Positions 52,069 through 64,000 of a stretch of 64,000 bases of DNA are shown here, piece by piece. The stretch covers positions 37,882,001-37,946,000 of the forward strand of contig NC_087252.1 of assembly GCF_037042905.1 (NCBI RefSeq), in the 5' to 3' direction. Numbering within the stretch: the stretch's first letter is position 1; each line of letters opens with the position of its first letter. The position numbers and the translations under genes were made by a program. Below the pieces are notes generated by a model. The model was given only the letters and a program-made list of their open reading frames with translations. It made no database searches and was not told the origin of the DNA. Origin of the DNA: Lytechinus pictus (taxonomy: Eukaryota).

Positions 52069-54464
52069 ACTCAGCAACGTACAGAGGATCAAAAACGGAG
52101 AAAAAGTTTGTCAAAATGCCCTTCATTGCAGAGGACAAACAATCGTTGAATCAAAACAGCAGTTAAGTCCTTGTTTTTTGGGGGGTCAGTTTTGAAATTT
52201 AGGACGGTCTGCTGTTCAGGCTTACCAACTTTAGATAAAGACCTCTATGTCCAATAGTCGTTCTTGTCATATGACTAGAATTTAACATTATTTTGACTAA
52301 GTTTGTTATAGATTGACGTAAAATAGTATGCAGAAACAAAATAATACTTGGCATGAACTATAACTAAGTTGGTTTCTTGAAATTCGATGAAGAAAGGCCG
52401 AAAAATCGTCGATTCTATTCTGGGGAAAATATCTAGCAGATCGATTTTTATTCGGTGACGTAATACCAGGGAAGACAAACGCTTGGGACTCACTGCTGTT
52501 ATATACGAACCAGTAATGGGATAAGGTGAAATAGAAAGGGTCCCTTGCCATTCCAAAGTGTACAAAGTTGTATTGTATACTTCATAGATCTTTCTCATTC
52601 TTTTCTAACACACAAGTGCACACCTTGTAACCATTTCCATTTATTTTTACGTAAGATAAAAGAGCATTGTCGATTAAATGCCTTGCTCACGGGCATATGT
52701 GCCGCGGCCGGGGATCGCACCCCGTACTTTCCATGTATAGTCAGGCGCCTCAACACCCCCATCACACTTATCCCGACTCAAGCAGAATTGGCCGGAATGA
52801 AAGGACTATTGTTCGACCACCAGTTGGTCATTTAAATCTACTTCGTACACCGTTCGTGAACATGACCAACACTTTCGGGACGGCCAAAAGAAATGACAAA
52901 AATATTTCGAATGCACTCAAAATGCAGTCAGAATATTTAGAATGCGCCTAGAATGTCCAAGAATGTAGCACGAATTATGAATCTGACTCCATTGCGGTTC
53001 ATTTTGAATAGTGTATGATGATTCACCTGGTCAATTTTCTGAATTTCAACTCCAGTTTGGTGAATTAATAAGTTCCTCCCCAAAATTTCTAGATTTTTTG
53101 AATACTTTATTCTTTTCAGCTTCTGCTTGATTCCTGCTGCTTCCGAATAAGTGTGATGGGGGCTTAATCGGTGTCTCATAGCGCCATCTCCGTTGGGATT
53201 CTGATCAGGCAGAAGTTTGTGAGCATCCCTTCCTTCCTTCCTGGTTTTCTCCCTCCGCTGCTTTGGGAGATCAGCCCTATGGAGGCTATAGTATCCAAAT
53301 AAATAATCATCCAGGGTTAAGACAAGGCAAGTCGTAAAGACATGGTTCATGCAGTTTAAACATGGTTATATGCAGGTTCTGAACATGCATCAGTAGATTT
53401 CAATCGACACATATGAAGTTTCACGCATCGATATAAAAAAAACAACAACAAAACAAACGCAAAATCCTAAAATAATGAATAGAGCTCGTTGAATGCTACC
53501 ACACACAGCTTCAAACTACAGGGAAACTTCTCTGATACAATTAACAATACATGCAAAATGTGATTTAAAATAGCACTTACAACCTGTGCACGGGGAATAT
53601 ATTTGACATCATGATTTTATTATCTAACAAGAAAAAGGTTGCTCGACCTATTCATTTGGGAAATAGATAGGCATTTATGAAGACATCTCCTGACGGGATC
53701 GAATTCATCACCTGAAACAGTAAGATATTCCTAAGTCTTCCGCAAGTCAAATAGTTCTAAAAGTTAAGTGAAATTCTTCCCCATTTGGGAAAGAAGGAAG
53801 TACATTGCTTGCCTTAGAATCAATATTAAATGGCTAATGATTATGCAACAAACTTTGCATAATATTGGGAATGGCTTGAGTCGAAAGAATATTATTTTTT
53901 CTTCATGTTGTAATTAGGCTCGTGAGTCCTGTTGATCTAATATTTAATAGATTTTACAAAGGTTGATCGCATGTTGTGGCGAGCGCAGTTAATACATACT
54001 ACGTGGGGAAGTTACAATTAAATTCAACTTGTAATTCAAGTTTATTTTTTCAATTTTCATTATCAACATTATAAACAAATGCAAATCAAACATTCATCAT
54101 AAATATAAACAAATACAAATGAAATATGATAACAATGATTACAAATCAATTACGAGTTCCAAAACATATGTAGAATAGTTTTAACAAAATCTTATATGGA
54201 AATAAGGGATCCACTAAAAGCATTGCTTGTAGAGCGTGGTTCCGCTAAGATAATATGTCAAACATTCGAAAATTTGGGACTCATTCGCAAGTGTAGGCGT
54301 AAGAAAATACAATAAGTTAAAAAAGATTGAAAAAAATTAACTTGATGCAGAGGTTCCAGGTTCGATTCCTGATCACATCTCTCGGATGGTGACGTTAGAA
54401 ATCGGTCCCACACGGAAATAGTCATCTGATTGATGCATGCAGGTCGGAAGAACCCATCAAATTT

Positions 54465-54582
54465 ACACACACACACACACACACACACCCTCTCATACAC
54501 ACGCGCACACACACACACACACACACACACCCTCACAACCACCCTCACACACACACACACTCACCCTCACACACTCCCTCAC
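54465..54582. repeat. (CA)n microsatellite
   Basis: Direct reading. Confidence 0.9.
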
Positions 54583-55536
54583 ATACTCTATCCCAAGGAA
54601 TTACGTGTACACAATTATATTTGAAGAGCGGTGATCTATCTATCCCCTCCCCTGTAAGAACTAGCTGTATCATGTTTTCCATAAGGAAGAGTTATTTGTA
54701 TGTTAGAAAGGAACGTTTTGAATCAAACAATATTAGAACCTCCGAGATGGCTGTGTTCTTACATCTTATCATGACATTGATTGATTGTAGTTTTGTTGTA
54801 TGTGATGTTAGTCTTTAAAAGAGAATGATGAGAGTCTGAAACGAATCGGACGAGTACAATTACAAAGAAAGTTATGGCTGTTTTAAATATGAGATTACAC
54901 TATGGAAATAAGGAAAAACATTAAAAAAAAAAAAAAAACGCTCGCGTTTATATGCCTGGCTACGATTTGTTTTCTTCAAAATGTTGTTTCACACTTCATG
55001 TTTAGCCCCCGCAGAAAAAAATAGCTCGCTTTTATATGTTCGGCTGCGACTATTTCTTCAACCTTGGTTCTACACTCCGTGCTTTAATAGCCCCTGCGAA
55101 ATTGTTGGCTTATTACGCTATTGTTTTCACATACCCACTTGACTGATTTTTTGCTTTCCTCTAAGAACAACTTTTAATTTGGGGTGGAGTCCCCCTTTAA
55201 CTCTTTGTCTGATTTTCAGTCCAGAGATTTTTCTATTATTTTGTGTGTGGTTTATCCCTACTTAAGGAGATTTAAAACTAGTCTTATACTTTTACTTATT
55301 TATTTATTGGTTTATTTAATAGTTTATTCATTTATTCATTCATTTATTTGTTTTATTTTGGTTTTAATAGTCTTCATTGATCACGATCAGTTCCAAAACA
55401 AAAAGATAATCTGATAAATATGTTACAGAAAATATCGCAACATTAATTGCAGTTGAGCAAAAGCATAACTATAAGTAAAAAAGTCACAGAATATAACATT
55501 TTGATGAGCATGCAACAGGGTAATTACCTAGTCTAA

Positions 55537-55568
<32 letters not shown>

Positions 55569-55997
55569 CATGAAAATAGTTTATAGCTGATCAAACGAAT
55601 AAATGAAACTGAATAAATAAAATAAAGTTTAGTTACGCCCTCTACGGTCATGTTGGCACATTTGATTTTGGGGGTTGCTTTGATATATTTTCCCTTCTTA
55701 TTCCCCAGTTCTCTTCAATCATACTTGTTTATTTTTGTAACCTACTTTCTTTTGCTGGGGTTGGCTATTCCCCTACTAACAAAATGCAAATTGCGGAAAT
55801 CATATGATCAGAATTCTATAGCGGCAGCCTTGAATGCCCACAAAGCTTGTCACCTAATCCCCTAAATTGTGAATCGGGCCTGTTCGCTCAAGAGTAGAAC
55901 ACCGAAAATGAATCCAACTTCTGTGGACATAAGCGCTAGGTCACACAAACGAAGCAGACAGTGGAACGATGACACCGATTACACGAACTAAAGTTAA

Positions 55998-56621
55998 AGG
56001 GATGGTCCAGTCTGGAAATATTTATATCAATATATCTCAATAAAAAGAGCAAAATTCACAGAGCAAAATGCTGAAAAATTTCATCAAAATCGGAAACAAA
56101 AAACAAAAAGTTATTGAATTTTACAAATTTGCATTATTCCGGTGAGACAGTTTTTACGCATGTCTTTTTGAATGTTCATTAGGTTGGCTGATGATGTCAT
56201 CATACCCCCACTTATTCTTTTGTATTTTATTATGTGAAATTAGGTTTATTCAAAAATTTTCTACCAAGAACTAAAACAACTGGATTGACAACTGATTAAG
56301 TGCATTAATTAGTTATTTATTGCGCAAATTATTTCATCATAATGGAGACACATCATTTATACATGTATGACAAAAACGAAACATTTATGATTTCATGTAA
56401 TAACATAAGAAAAAAAGAAAGTGGGGAAATGACATCATCAGCCCACCTAATAAATATTCGTGATGGTGTGCATGTAACCGTTTTCATAAAATATTGATAA
56501 ACTTAAAAATTCAATAACTTCATTATTTGTTATCCGATTTTGATGACATTTTCAGCATTTTGCTTTGTGAATTTTACTCTATTTATTGAGATAAAAAAAA
56601 TATCCAGCCTGGACCATCCCT
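55998..56621. mobile_element. TTAA-flanked Kolobok-like MITE family 2
   Basis: TTAA|AGGGATGGTCCAG ... CTGGACCATCCCT|TTAA. Relatives at ~32869-33360, ~37537-38110 and ~30255-30455. Confidence 0.85.
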
Positions 56622-58215
56622 TTAACCGTCACTAAAAGTGAATATCGAAATATGAGTCAAGGAAATGAGGTGTGACATGGGCATGGGAATCAACAATTCC
56701 GGCAAAGTACTTCATTATCCTCCAACAAATTCTATCACACGCAGGACTATACACTGAAAGCCACACAAAAATATAACTGCGCAGTACGATTCGGATTACA
56801 AGGATCATCCATTCTTTACTGATTCCTCAAACAACATCATAACCTCGCCAAAATGACTTTAATTCAATGCACGGTTGGTATTGAGTCTCTATAAGTTGTT
56901 TTGTAACCTACTGTTCCCGGTGACATCTCCAAACTATGTAGTGCCTTTAACCACCGTCTTGCAAGCCAATCATACTTCTTGTGGAGTTGACAGTTATTTG
57001 AGGTAAGTCTCGTTCCATTTTCCATTTAAGTTTATATGGCATTATTAACATAAAATTCAATGGTTTGGGGTGACACATTTGCTATTGAATTGACAAGTAT
57101 AAGAAAAACAAGAAAATGTATAACATTGTTGTTTGAAGTTCTTGAGGGAATCCACAATTTCTTGAAAGCTTGAATGATATTGAAGATGTAGACAGGAAGT
57201 GAGTACGTAATTAAGCCCAGTATTTTGAATCCATAAGCCTACTCACTGGCGTATAGATGGAGGGGGGCTGGGGGGGGGGGGGGGCATCCCGCAAAGTCCC
57301 ACAACCCGAAAAGGAAATGGACAAGGGTGAAATAATAATTACTTAAACCAACACAGTTCCTCATTTTTTTTCAAAATTATATACCTCAACCACGCTTCAT
57401 TGGTAACAGTAGTGACACTGCCATGATGGTAAAAGCTTCGACTAAATTTAGCCGAAAACATTCATATTAGGGCTAACGATTATTTCCATAATAAAATTAT
57501 TATCATGAAACCTCCCTGCTTATTATATTTCTTAAAGCCCGAGGACATTATCTGGTAATACAGCTAAGAAATAACAATATTATTCTTACTAAGAAATTAC
57601 AAACGAAGAATTAGGATAAATTTATAAATTATTTATTTCTAAAATTTCATGTAACATAATAAAAGAGTTGGCACAAGGAAAATCAATGTAGATTATAATT
57701 TCATATAACAAAAATATCACAGGAAAAATAACATGTAACCATGCCAACCGGATCAAAAAGCGACCGGAGAAGTATCAAACCGGAAACGATTATTTTCCTT
57801 TGTCCTTAGATACTGAATAATCCAATATTAAGGAAGTAATATTATCAAAACTTACGTCTCCTTTCCCCATTACATTATTTATGACTATATTATTTACATT
57901 ACTTGGAAACATGCTATTAGTTTTTCACTACACTTGAGTGAAAAACAAACTAGCTTGGCAAACAACGGCTCAACAATGCGATGAAAAAGCCTGTCGGAAT
58001 TCTGATTTTGATTCTGATTATGGACATTTTACTCCTGTTTTCATTTGTGTTTATATCCTCTTATGGTCTCTTTGATTGTGGCACCGAAAATTCATGTCCA
58101 TTTTATGTTTTATCTTCAACAACATGATTATATGAATATATTAATTTTTCCATCTAGATGAAATACAATGATAGCATATCCTGGCTGCATTAATTGAGCG
58201 CGAAGATCAGCTATA

Positions 58216-58454
58216 CACTGTAAAATCTGTGGTGTTAAAACTGACACCAATTGGTGTTAATAGAGGACCACACCCTGAGGTGTTAAAATAACACCCTAGA
58301 GATTGAACATAACACCAAAGAGTGTAAATGTAACAACCATAGGTGTTGTTATAACACCTATAGGTGTAAAACTAACACCACCAATTTAACACCGGTGTAA
58401 AATAACTGGTGTGGTCCCCTATGTACACCGGTTAACACCACAGTTTTTGCTGTG
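58216..58454. mobile_element. CAC..GTG-terminated MITE with TA flanks (CMC/EnSpm-like)
   Basis: TA|CACTGTAAAA..TTTTTGCTGTG|TA; near-identical copy at 36415-36653. Confidence 0.8.
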
Positions 58455-59330
58455 TACGATTATACAGACACTGGATCCCAGACCGAAAATATTGAACGGT
58501 TTTTTAGAGAAAAATGTCACAATCATTAATTACGTTTTAATAACAAAGTTGGCCCTAATGGCGAACGTGAAATACCGTTTATTCGGCTTGAAACAAAATA
58601 CACAGCAAAACTGGCAAAATACAAACTACAAATATTTAAGAAACTCGCGCGCGAATCATCTTCCACTCTGTTTTCGAGTTTGAGATTTAACAAGGAATAC
58701 AGAAAAAATGCAAACGAGACACTCCTATTTTAGGACAGGCCGTCAAATCCCAAGATTAACCTTGGCCCAAATCTATCCGCAACTTGGTTTCGAAATTGAA
58801 ATTTTTAACTCTTCTTGCTCACTGGCCTTTCATATCATATTAGGTAGGCCTATCGCATTCACACTCCTCAGCAAATTTGTGGAATGCACTTCCTGATTCA
58901 CCAAGGTACCTCAGTAATTTAGATAAGTTCAAAGTTTCTTTTAAGAGATGCTTATTCAACACTTAATGATTTTCCAGTGTATACGTACCATTATAAGCAA
59001 TTTGTTTACAATTGAACCACTGCATGGACTTTTGAAAATACAGTCATCAGAACTGTTGCACAACACACACACNNNNNNNNNNNNNNNNNNNNNNNNNNNN
59101 NNNNNNNNNNNNNNNNNNNNNNNNNNNNNNNNNNNNNNNNNNNNNNNNNNNNNNNNNNNNNNNNNNNNNNNNNNNNNNNNNNNNNNNNNNNNNNNNNNNN
59201 NNNNNNNNNNNNNNNNNNNNNNNNNNNNNNNNNNNNNNNNNNNNNNNNNNNNNNNNNNNNNNNNNNNNNNNNNNNNNNNNTCCAGCTTTGGCAACTCTTT
59301 TATATTTAAATATTGTGTGAAAGAAATGGA

Positions 59331-59332
<2 letters not shown>

Positions 59333-59392
<60 letters not shown>
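59333..59392. repeat. (TA)n microsatellite
   Basis: Direct reading. Confidence 0.95.
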
Positions 59393-59399
<7 letters not shown>

Positions 59400-60560
59400 A
59401 ACCGCTCAAAAAAGTTTGGAAATCTGACTTTGATCGATAATCCCTCCTCGGTTTTAGTGACTATTAGAATACAACATTTAATTGTCTTTAAAATGATACC
59501 CTACATGATATGATTATGTTCCACATGAAGTGGTAATCAGTGAGTTTCTCAGCGGATTATTTTGTTTTCATGCACCTGATCTGTGAAATAACATGGTTTG
59601 AGTCGTGGTTTGAAATACTCATGCATGGTTGTTTCTTTGTTTGTTTGTTATGTGTTTGCTTGTGCAGAGGCGTGTTTTATTCCATGTTAATGTTAAGGCA
59701 CTGCGCCTCCATGTGAACCATAATTATATCATGTAGGGTATCATTTTAAACAGAATTAAATGATCTTTTTAATGATATCAAATGTGCATTGTGTAAAATT
59801 GGGAGTTGGGAGAAATTCCANNNNNNNNNNNNNNNNNNNNNNNNNNNNNNNNNNNNNNNNNNNNNNNNNNNNNNNNNNNNNNNNNNNNNNNNNNNNNNNN
59901 NNNNNNNNNNNNNNNNNNNNNNNNNNNNNNNNNNNNNNNNNNNNNNNNNNNNNNNNNNNNNNNNNNNNNNNNNNNNNNNNNNNNNNNNNNNNNNATGACA
60001 GGTTGGATTGATCAAACAAGTTTATGTCCGCTCCAAGTATTTGGACTTTCCAAAGTCCGTTTATTGCTCTTTGTAAAATATGATATGTATTGATAATGTC
60101 CTACAAATTCAATAAAATCAATCGTTTATGTCAGATAACGAGTTTACCAACGAGTTCGGGGGCGGGCGGGGGTCGAATAAATAACATCGCATTGGTGTCA
60201 TTTTTATCGCCCCCTTGATCATCAATTTGTAGTTGTTGATTTCCTGATTGCGCTGTACACTCTAAAAACACTGAGTAAAATTCTACCCAACATTTGGTAA
60301 AAAGGGAACATGCATGTTTGCTGGGAATTTTTTTTTACCTCATATTGGGCAAAATACATGTTTCAAGGGTAATTTCAACGCAACATTGTTTAAAATTTAC
60401 AAAATATTTGGTACCTTTTTACCCAACCAACATGCATTTTCCCATTTTGCCCAATATTGAGTAATTTTTTTTTGTATAGTGTACATGTTGAGATCTTTTT
60501 TTGAGCTTCTAATCTATTTCTTTTCACTATCTTCGGAAACAGGATTTTGAAGGAATCAAA

Positions 60561-60623
60561 ATGCAGAGTGCAGTGACCTCTCTTTCATTCTGTCTCGGAT
60601 GGATACTTTTGAAGTTTACATTG
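60561..60623 (+). CDS. Ig gene B, first coding exon (signal peptide MQSAVTSLSFCLGWILLKFTL)
   Basis: Acceptor at 60542, aaaATG at 60561, donor TTG|GTAAGG (phase 0). Joins ILTVSG|QEW of the next exon to complete a signal peptide. A probable 5'UTR exon ends at 57002 (GAG|GTAAGT). Confidence 0.75.
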
Positions 60624-60654
60624 GTAAGGATATATGAGACTCGTCTACATACTA

Positions 60655-60906
60655 CACTCTAAAAATATTGGTTAAAAATGCTCCATGGGGGTAATCACGT
60701 GTCCAACCAACATTGGGCATATCTTTTGGGCATTTTTATTTATCCAGTGGGATAACAATTCTGCCCGTTCTAAAGTAATTGCTGCTTATTTTTTAACCTT
60801 ACTGGACAATATGCTTCCCGCATTGGGTAAAATACTGCCCCAAATTGGTTGCACACAGTAACTACCACCGTGCTGGTTAAAATTTTACCCAATATATTTT
60901 ACAGTG
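60655..60906. mobile_element. CAC..GTG MITE with TA flanks; inverted homologue at 17658-18335
   Basis: TA|CACTCTAAAAA..TTTTACAGTG|TA. A similar element lies at ~60258-60481. Confidence 0.8.
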
Positions 60907-61281
60907 TATTTCCAAGTGATGAATTACATCGAAATCATATTGGGAGAAAGACCCGGAGAAAGAGTAATGAATTTCCTATATTATGTATACATTTTAGATC
61001 AAATAGGCCTACTGCTAGACATGCTTGATAATTATGCAATGTCGATAGGGGTATGGTATGAAAGCTATGCCTTGTATGCCTATATATTAATACACGTGAA
61101 AACGTGGCTTCTTGATATAATCATGTTTTAGAAAGTGTGTATTCATATGGCACCCGATTAGAGTAAAGTGAGCCAGAGAGGGATCAGATATTTTGAATGT
61201 TTTAAAATCAAATATCAGCATTTAAGAAAATTGTTTTTACTACCGAAGATAATGTTGGTGGGCTTTATTATTTCTTCGTAT

Positions 61282-62758
61282 AGGGGAGAGTGTGGTAATC
61301 CCGAACGCGGGGTAATCCCGAACACCTTAATATCTATAGGAGAGATGAGGTTCTGCTGTCACGGCATAATAGCCGTAACACAGAATGTTGTCTGGCATCC
61401 TATGCATGGATCTGTTGACTGGTCTCTTCCGATTAAAGAATAATCGGGAAAATGCATATGACAGATTTTCGCTTTTTTACGTTTCCCTCATTGAAGAATG
61501 AAGAGTGGGGTAATCCCGAACACCTTAATATCTATAGGAGAGGTGAGGTTCTGCTGTCACGGCATAATAGCCGTAACACAGAATGTTGTCTGACTTCCCA
61601 TGCAGGGATCTGTTGACTGGTCTCTTCCGATTAAAGAATAATCGGGAAAATGCATATGACAGATTTTCGCTTTTTTACGTTTCCCTCATTGAAGAATGAA
61701 GAGTGGGGTAATCCCGAACGCGGGGTAATCCCGAACACCTTAATATCTATATGAGAGGTGAGGTTCTGCTGTCACGGCATAATAGCCGTAACACAGAATG
61801 TTGTCTGACTTCCTATGCACGGATCTGTTGACTGGTCTCTTCCGATTAAAGAATAATCGGGAAAATGCATATGACAGATTTTCGCTTTTTTACGTTTCCC
61901 TCATTGAAGAATGAAGAGTGGGGTAATCCCGAACGCGGGGTAATCCCGAACACCTTAATATCTATATGAGAGGTGAGGTTCTGCTGTCACGGCATAATAG
62001 CCGTAACACAGAATGTTGTCTGACTTCCCATGCAGGGATCTGTTGACTGGTCTCTTCTGATTAAAGAATAATCGGGAAAATGCATATGACAGATTTTCGC
62101 TTTTTTACGTTTCCTTCATTGAAGAATGAAGAGTGGGGTAATCCCAAACGCGGGGTAATCCCGAACAGCTCAATATCTCCTAGGAGAGGTGAGGTTCTGC
62201 TGTCACGGCATAATAGCCGTAACACAGAATGTTGTCTGACTTCCTATGCACGGATCTGTTGACTGGTCTCTTCCGATTAAAGAATAATCGGGAAAATGCA
62301 TATGACAGATTTTCGCTTTTTTACGTTTCCCTCATTGAAGAATGAAAAGTGGGGTAATCCCGAACACCTTAATATCTATAGGAGAGGTGAGGTTCTGCTG
62401 TCACGACATAATAGCCGAAACACAGAATGTTGTCTGACTTCCCATGCAGGGATCTGTTGACTTGTCTTCTCCGATTAAAGAATAATCGAAAAGAATCCAA
62501 ATTACATATCTTTACTTGTTTATGTTTCCACGAATGGCGTTCGCGATTACCCTGTGGTCCGGAAGTGCAGGGTAATCCCGAAAATCTGCGTTTTGTACTA
62601 TAAATTATAAAGGAATGCTTGATGTTGAATAAAGACGTTGTTACAGTCAATATATGGTGAGTTTTTATCAAATTATGTACTAGTTTTGGAATAAGGCTCA
62701 CTTTGATTCTTGCTATCGCTCTGATCAGAAAGGTGTTCGTCATTACCCCACTTCCCCC
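61282..62758. mobile_element. TA-flanked DNA transposon derivative containing six tandem ~198-216 bp units
   Basis: TA|GGGGAGAGTGTGGTAAT ... ATTACCCCACTTCCCC|TA. A marker motif recurs at 61347, 61545, 61760, 61975, 62191 and 62389. Confidence 0.8.
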
Positions 62759-63302
62759 TACGTGATCTTGATAAAGTGATCCTAATTGCTGCAACGGGGA
62801 ACCAGTTAAGAATAATCATTTTGATAATTTTAAAATTCTTTTGAAAAACAATACTAGACTCACCTTTTTAATTCGTATTAATACTCATCTTTACCCCTCA
62901 TGTTTGTATATTATTTTGTGTCTATTTTTTTTGTCATTGTTATTCAATGTCAATGTCAATGTTATTGCTAGTTGTTTTTCAATTCTTATTCATCTCCTTG
63001 GTGTAATTTATACAAGCCATACCTTGGTTTTCTCCTACACCATTTTCCAATCAAATACGCTGCATTGTTTTATGTTAAATTGTACTTTTGATAGTTTTCT
63101 ACTGTCTTTTTTTTAACCTGTCATTGTACATTTCTTCTGATTTGTGGTTACATTTTTTTTATCGAATACTTTGAATTGATTTTGAAATAAAGTTTACCTT
63201 TTCCTAAAATTGTATTATTTATTTCCTTTTTTTTTAAGAAATCAAAATGATGCATCGTATTTATCCTGTATCTTTTTAATTATTTTATGTGATTTTGGCC
63301 AG

Positions 63303-63669
63303 ATTCTAACGGTGTCAGGACAGGAATGGTTAGACCCGCTAACGACTTACGTCTCTTCGGGCCGGAACATTTCTCTGAGATGCGCGTTCATCGTTATGCC
63401 AGCCTCTAGCAATGCCTCTCAGCCAATGAACGCGTCCAACGCGATCACGTGGTCAGATTCAGGAACGCCAATATTTTCGGAGACAATCCGGTTGACGCAA
63501 AAAGCAAAGTACGACAATTTTCACACCAGTGTTCGGGCCAATGAAGAATTCGTCGAATCTATTTTACATATCACCCTGGCTGGCCAAGAAGATGAAGGAA
63601 TGTTTACGTGTATCCATGGAGATGATTCGGGAAATGTGACGTCACAAATGGCCAATCTGTATGTAGAAG
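63303..63669 (+). CDS. Ig gene B, V/I-set Ig domain exon (gene continues beyond the window)
   Basis: Acceptor ggccag, donor AAG|GTTTGT (phase 1). GRNISLRC..ITWS..SILHI..QEDEGMFTC..ANLYVE. Confidence 0.85.
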
Positions 63670-64000
63670 GTTTGTACCGAAAAAAAGCGAAGTGCCAACT
63701 GCAACGTTTGGCGGGGGGGGGGGGGGGGGGGGGGTGGCACACTCCAAGAGAATATAAACATCCTCTACCTCCCTCAATGGCTAGCATGTTGTTAATCATA
63801 GTTTAGGTTTTGAACTGCTAGATTTTTATGCTGAGTTTTTCCATGGGAAGCGGGAATGCTGAAGCACCCCAAGATTATCCGGGGGGGGGGGGGGGGGGGC
63901 TGCGTGTATTATTTCCATATGCAGCACCCCCTGGAATTGTGGTAGATATGACAAAATGGAGAATTGTAATCCCTTTTTTGCTTGTCAAAATTCTCTCCCA

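Noticed and set aside
52937-53350. 137-aa ORF
   Set aside because: No recognisable domain or convincing splice or start context; probably a decayed repeat.
36415-58454. CACAG/CACTG termini as RSS or RAG/Transib transposon ends
   Set aside because: The 58216 copy has 2-bp TA flanks rather than a 5-bp TSD, and there is no nonamer at 12/23 spacing. Isolated CACAGTG heptamers (near 13385, 23885, 36805) also lack nonamers.
63210-63302. Hydrophobic N-terminus of ORF 63210-63806 as the signal peptide
   Set aside because: It starts at TTG and is the T-rich intron end. The ATG exon at 60561-60623 provides a better, in-phase leader.

Overview
Eukaryotic, AT-rich, repeat-dense genomic DNA with four assembly gaps. 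The repeat landscape (tRNA-derived SINEs with (ATT)n tails, TTAA-flanked MITEs, poly-G hAT MITEs, CR1 LINE relics) suggests a sea urchin or other echinoderm; this is inference. I assembled three intron-containing genes by hand from splice signals and frame continuity. (1) A complete 8-exon minus-strand gene (ATG 39357, stop 4796; ~476 aa; all introns phase 1; ~22.5 kb first intron) encodes a type I membrane receptor: signal peptide, V-set Ig, C1-like Ig, TM and a modular acidic tail with TQT, LIR-like and amphipathic motifs. A compact E-box/CRE/kappaB/AP-1 cluster lies upstream of it. (2) A 2-exon minus-strand arylamine N-acetyltransferase-family gene (~404 aa) has a non-canonical Cys-His-Glu triad and a presequence-like N-terminal extension. 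(3) The 5' end of a second, plus-strand Ig-domain gene runs off the window. Many non-autonomous DNA transposons fill the rest, some nested, including 21-36 bp palindromic micro-insertions and a transposon end amplified into a satellite. Most short ORFs in the supplied track are non-coding repeat artefacts.
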